Source: Eledone cirrhosa (taxonomy: Eukaryota). Taken from it: 64,000 nt of DNA. Both the position numbers and the translations under genes were made by a program. Positions 58,635 to 64,000 of this stretch are shown piece after piece. The stretch covers positions 1,116,001 through 1,180,000 of the forward strand of contig OZ024759.1 in NCBI GenBank assembly GCA_964016885.1. The letters run 5' to 3'. The stretch's first letter is position 1, and each line of letters starts with the position of its first letter. The notes beneath the pieces were generated by a model. The model did not search any database. It saw only the letters and a program-made list of their open reading frames with translations, and was not told the DNA's origin.

Positions 58635-61600
58635 AGTCTATATTAGTAACATGACACAGTTTATATTAGTAACATGACAAAGTCTATATTAGTAACATGA
58701 CAAAGTCTATATTAGTAACATGGCAGTCTATATTAGTTACATGACAAAGTCTATATTAGTAACATGACACAGTCTATATTAGTAACATGACAAAGACTCT
58801 ATTAGTAACATGACAAAGTCTATATTAGTAACATGACAGTCTATATTAGTAACATGACAAAATCTATATTAGTAACATGACAGTCTATATTAGTAACATG
58901 ACAAAGTCTATATTAGTAACATGACAGTCTATATTGTACCATGACACAGTCTATATTAGTAACATGACATAGTCTATATTAGTAACATGACAAAGTCTAT
59001 ATTAGTAACATGACAGTCTATATTGTAACATGACACAGTCTATATTAGTAACATGACACAGTCTATATTAGTAACATGACAGTCTATATTAGTAACATGA
59101 CAAAGTCTATATTAGTAACATGACACAGTCTATATTAGTAGCATGACAAAGTCTATATTAGTAACATGACAAAGTCTATATTAGTAGCATGACAAAGTCT
59201 ATATTAGTAACATGACAAAGTCTATATTAGTAACATGACAAAGTCTATATTAGTAGCATGACACAGTCTATATTAGTAACATGACAAAGTCTATATTAGT
59301 AACATGACAAAGTCTATATTAGTAACATGACACAGTCTATATTAGTAACATGACACAGTCTATATTAGTAACATGACAAAGTCTATATTAGTAGCATGAC
59401 AAAGTCTATATTAGTAACATGACACAGTCTATATTAGTAACATGACAAAGTCTATATTAGTAGCATGACAAAGTCTATATTAGTAACATGACAAAGTCTA
59501 TATTAGTAACATGACACAGTCTATATTAGTAACATGACAGTCTATATTAGTAAAATGACAGTCCATATTAGTAGCATGACAAAGTCTATATTAGTAACAT
59601 GACAAAGTCTATATTAGTAACATGACACAGTCTATATTAGTAACATGACACAGTCTATATTAGTAACATCACACAGTCTATATTAGTAACATGACAAAGT
59701 CTATATTAGTAACATGGCAAAGTCTATATTAGTAACATGACAAAGTCTATATTAGTAACATGACAGTCTATATTAGTAACATGACAAAGTCTATATTAGT
59801 AACATGACAAAGTCTATATTAGTAACATGACAGTCTATATTAGTAACATGACACAGTCTATATTAGTAACATGACAAAGTCTATATTAGTAACATGACAC
59901 AGTCTATATTAGTAACATGACACAGTCTATATTAGTAACATGACACAGTTTATATTAGTAACATGACAAAGTCTATATTAGTAACATGACAAAGTCTATA
60001 TTAGTAACATGGCAGTCTATATTAGTAACATGACAAAGTCTATATTAGTAACATGACACAGTCTATATTAGTAACATGACAAAGACTCTATTAGTAACAT
60101 GACAAAGTCTATATTAGTAACATGACAGTCTATATTAGTAACATGACAAAATCTATATTAGTAACATGACAGTCTATATTAGTAACATGACAAAGTCTAT
60201 ATTAGTAACATGACAGTCTATATTGTACCATGACACAGTCTATATTAGTAACATGACATAGTCTATATTAGTAACATGACAAAGTCTATATTAGTAACAT
60301 GACAGCCTATATTGTAACATGACACAGTCTATATTAGTAACATGACACAGTCTATATTAGTAACATGACAGTCTATATTAGTAACATGACACAGTCTATA
60401 TTAGTAACATGACACAGTCTATATTAGTAACATGACAGTCTATATTAGTAGCATGGCAATGTCTATATTAGTAACATGACACAGTCTATATTAGTAACAA
60501 GACATAGTCTATATTAGTAACATGACATAGTCTATATTAGTAGCATGACAAAGTCTATATTAGTAACATGACAAAGTCTATATTAGTAACATGACACAGT
60601 CTATCTTAGTAACATGACAAAGTCTATATTAGTAACATGACACAGTCTATATTAGTAACATGACAAAGTCTATATTAGTAGCATGACAAAGTCTATATTA
60701 GTAACATGACACAGTCTATATTAGTAACATGACAAAGTCTATATTAGTAACGTGACAAAGTCTATATTAGTAACATGACAAAGTCTATATTAGTAACATG
60801 ACTAAGTCTATATTAGTAACATGACACAGTCTATATTAGTAACATGACAGTCTATATTAGTAGCATGACAAAGTCTATATTAGTAACATGACACAGTCTA
60901 TATTAGTAACATGACACAGTCTATATTAGTAACATGACACAGTCTATATTAGTAACATGACAGTCTATATTAGTAACATGACACATTCTATATTAGTAAC
61001 ATGACAAAGTCTATATTAGTAGCATGACAAAGTCTATATTAGTAACATGACAGTCTATATTAGTAACATGCCAAAGTCTATATTAGTAGCATGACAAAGT
61101 CTATATTAGTAACATGACACAGTCTATATTAGTAACATGACACAGTCTATATTAGTAACATGACACAGTCTATATTAGTAGCATGACAAAGTCTATATTA
61201 GTAACATGACAAAGTCTATATTAGTAACATGACAAAGTCTATATTAGTAACATGACAAAGTCTATATTAGTAACATGACACAGTGTATATTAGTAATATG
61301 ACAGTCTATATTAGTAGCATGACAAAGTCTATATTAGTAACATGACAAAGTCTATATTAGTAACATGACACAGTCTATATTAGTAACATGACAGTCTCTA
61401 TTAGTAGCATGACAAAGTCTATATTAGTAACATGACAAAGTCTATATTAGTAACATGACACAGTCTATATTAGTAACATGACACAGTCTATATTAGTAAC
61501 ATGACAGTCTATATTAGTAACATGACAAAGTCTATATTAGTAACATGGCAAAGTCTATGTTAGTAACATGACAAAGTCTATATTAGTAACATGACAGTCT

Positions 61601-64000
61601 ATATTAGTAACATGACACATTCTATATTAGTAACATGACAAAGTCTATATTAGTAGCATGACAAAGTCTATATTAGTAACATGACAGTCTATATTAGTAA
61701 CATGCCAAAGTCTATATTAGTAGCATGACAAAGTCTATATTAGTAACATGACACAGTCTATATTAGTAACATGACACAGTCTATATTAGTAACATGACAC
61801 AGTCTATATTAGTAGCATGACAAAGTCTATATTAGTAACATGACAAAGTCTATATTAGTAACATGACAAAGTCTATATTAGTAACATGACACAGTGTATA
61901 TTAGTAATATGACAGTCTATATTAGTAGCATGACAAAGTCTATATTAGTAACATGACAAAGTCTATATTAGTAACATGACACAGTCTATATTAGTAACAT
62001 GACACAGTCTATATTAGTAACATGACACAGTCTATATTAGTAACATGACAAAGTCTATATTAGTAACATGGCAAAGTCTATATTAGTAACATGACAAAGT
62101 CTATATTAGTAACATGACAAGGTCTATATTAGTAACATGACACAGTCTATATAAGTAACATGACAAAGTCTATATTAGTAACATGACAGTCTATATTAGT
62201 AACATGCCAAAGTCTATATTAGTAGCATGACAAAGTCTATATTAGTAGCATGACACAGTCTATATTAGTAACATGACATAGTCTATATTAGTAACATGAC
62301 ACAGTCTATATTAGTATCATGACAAAGTCTATATTAGTAACATGACAAAGTCTATATTAGTAACATGAGAAAGTCTATATTAGTAACATGACACAGTCTA
62401 TATTAGTAACATGACAAAGTCTATATTAGTAACATGACACAGTCTATATTAGTAACATGACACAGTCTATATTAGTAACATGACAAAGTCTATATTAGTA
62501 GCATGACAAAGTCTATATTAGTAACATGACAAAGTCTATATTAGTAACATGGCACAGTCTATATTAGTAACATGACAAAGTCTATATTAGTAACATGACG
62601 GTCTATATTAGTAACATGACAGTCTATATTAGTAGCATGACAAAGTCTATATTAGTAACATGACACAGTCTATATCAGTAACATGACACAGTCTATATTA
62701 GTAACATGACAAAGTCTATATTAGTAGCATGACAAAGTCTATATTAGTAACATGACACAGTCTATATTAGTAACATGACAAAGTCTATATTAGTAGCATG
62801 ACAAAGTCTATATTAGTAACATGACAAAGTCTATATTAGTAACATGACACAGTCTATATTAGTAACATGACAGTCTATATTAGTAACATGACAGTCCATA
62901 TTAGTAGCATGACAAAGTCTATATTAGTAACATGACAAAGTCTATATTAGTAACATGACACAGTCTATATTAGTAACATGACACAGTCTATATTAGTAAC
63001 ATCATACAGTCTATATTAGTAACATGACAAAGTCTATATTAGTAACATGGCAAAGTCTATATTAGTAACATGACACAGTCTATATTAGTAACATGACAAG
63101 GCCTATATTAGTAACATGACACAGTCTATATTAGTAACATGACAAAGTCTATATTAGTAACATGACAGTCTATATTAGTAACATGACAAAGTCTATATTA
63201 GTAACATGACAAAGTCTATATTAGTAACATGACAGTCTATATTAGTAACATGACACAGTCTATATTAGTAACATGACAAAGTCTATATTAGTAACATGAC
63301 ACAGTCTATATTAGTAACATAACACAGTCTATATTAGTAACATGACACAGTTTATATTAGTAACATGACAAAGTCTATATTAGTAACATGACAAAGTCTA
63401 TATTAGTAACATGGCAGTCTATATTAGTTACATGACAAAGTCTATATTAGTAACATGACACAGTCTATATTAGTAACATGACAAAGACTCTATTAGTAAC
63501 ATGACAAAGTCTATATTAGTAACATGACAGTCTATATTAGTAACATGACAAAATCTATATTAGTAACATGACAGTCTATATTAGTAACATGACAAAGTCT
63601 ATATTAGTAACATGACAGTCTATATTGTACCATGACACAGTCTATATTAGTAACATGACATAGTCTATATTAGTAACATGACAAAGTCTATATTAGTAAC
63701 ATGACAGTCTATATTGTAACATGACACACTCTATATTAGTAACATGACACAGTCTATATTAGTAACATGACAGTCTATATTAGTAACATGACAAAGTCTA
63801 TATTAGTAACATGACACAGTCTATATTAGTAGCATGACAAAGTCTATATTAGTAACATGACAAAGTCTATATTAGTAGCATGACAAAGTCTATATTAGTA
63901 ACATGACAAAGTCTATATTAGTAACATGACAAAGTCTATATTAGTAGCATGACACAGTCTATATTAGTAACATGACAAAGTCTATATTAGTAACATGACA
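58635..64000. repeat. Near-identical copy of ~47597-52916 (offset 11,038 bp, then 11,084 bp)
   Basis: gtttat 47622/58660, gtacc 47898/58936 and 49187/60225, tataagt 51115/62153, gagaaag 51331/62369 (offset 11,038); gtacc 52543/63627 and cacactct 52645/63729 (offset 11,084). Confidence 0.87.

Larger units (their letters stand above)
1..64000. repeat. Satellite/minisatellite tandem array, 23-bp monomer TGACA(A/C)AGTCTATATTAGTA(A/G)CA with 21-bp and 20-bp deletion variants; extends past both window ends
   Basis: Directly visible on every line: 1-23 tgacacagtctatattagtaaca, 24-46 tgacaaagtctatattagtaaca, and so on to 64000. Same orientation throughout, no non-repeat insert seen. Confidence 0.99.

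Noticed and set aside
1-64000. CRISPR array (23-bp repeat length, partial dyad symmetry)
   Set aside because: Repeats abut directly with no unique spacers, and there is no leader or cas gene.
1-64000. Protein-coding repeat gene on either strand
   Set aside because: The plus-strand monomer has TGA/TAG/TAA and the minus-strand monomer (TGTTACTAATATAGACTTTGTCA) has TAA and TAG. The 23-bp period rotates stops through all frames, so only ORFs a few monomers long exist.
1-64000. Telomerase-made long telomeric repeat (Candida albicans has a 23-bp unit)
   Set aside because: There is no G-rich strand or resemblance to that repeat, and kb-scale inherited variant order indicates recombinational amplification rather than templated addition. 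A subtelomeric location is not excluded.
1-64000. Plasmid/phage iterons or prokaryotic regulatory repeats
   Set aside because: Iteron arrays have a handful of copies beside a rep gene. Here there are thousands of copies and no genes.
1-64000. Purely artefactual sequence (rolling-circle concatemer, low-complexity sequencing error or simulated repeat)
   Set aside because: Rare variants recur in hierarchically nested order with stepwise mutation series, as expected of a real evolving array. Copy numbers of individual large blocks could still be assembly errors.
1-64000. Hidden insertion, inversion or transposon within the array
   Set aside because: Reading through, I saw no reverse-complement monomers and no non-repeat stretch. 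A very short insert could have been missed by eye.

Overview
The whole 64-kb window is one uninterrupted, head-to-tail, single-orientation tandem array of an AT-rich (about 26-30% GC) 23-bp monomer, consensus TGACA[A/C]AGTCTATATTAGTA[A/G]CA. It is interspersed with a common 21-bp deletion form (TGACAGTCTATATTAGTAACA) and a rarer 20-bp form (TGACAGTCTATATTGTAACA), roughly 2,800 units in all (estimated from length). I found no gene, RNA gene, transposon, CRISPR spacer, inversion or unique sequence, and both window ends lie inside the array. The informative signal is the order of rare variant monomers, which works as a barcode for a layered higher-order repeat (HOR) history. There is a basic ~2.7-kb HOR (2,716 bp in clean copies) that itself seems built from an older duplication, several HOR subfamilies, local tandem duplications (383, 1,111, 1,331, 1,519 bp) and large near-identical block duplications (offsets 4,691, 7,214, 8,316, 11,038 bp). 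This is the architecture of eukaryotic satellite DNA (centromeric, pericentromeric or subtelomeric). Organism and function cannot be determined from the sequence alone, and I cannot support a claim of a novel protein- or RNA-based system. All offsets were measured by hand from marker variants, so block boundaries are approximate.
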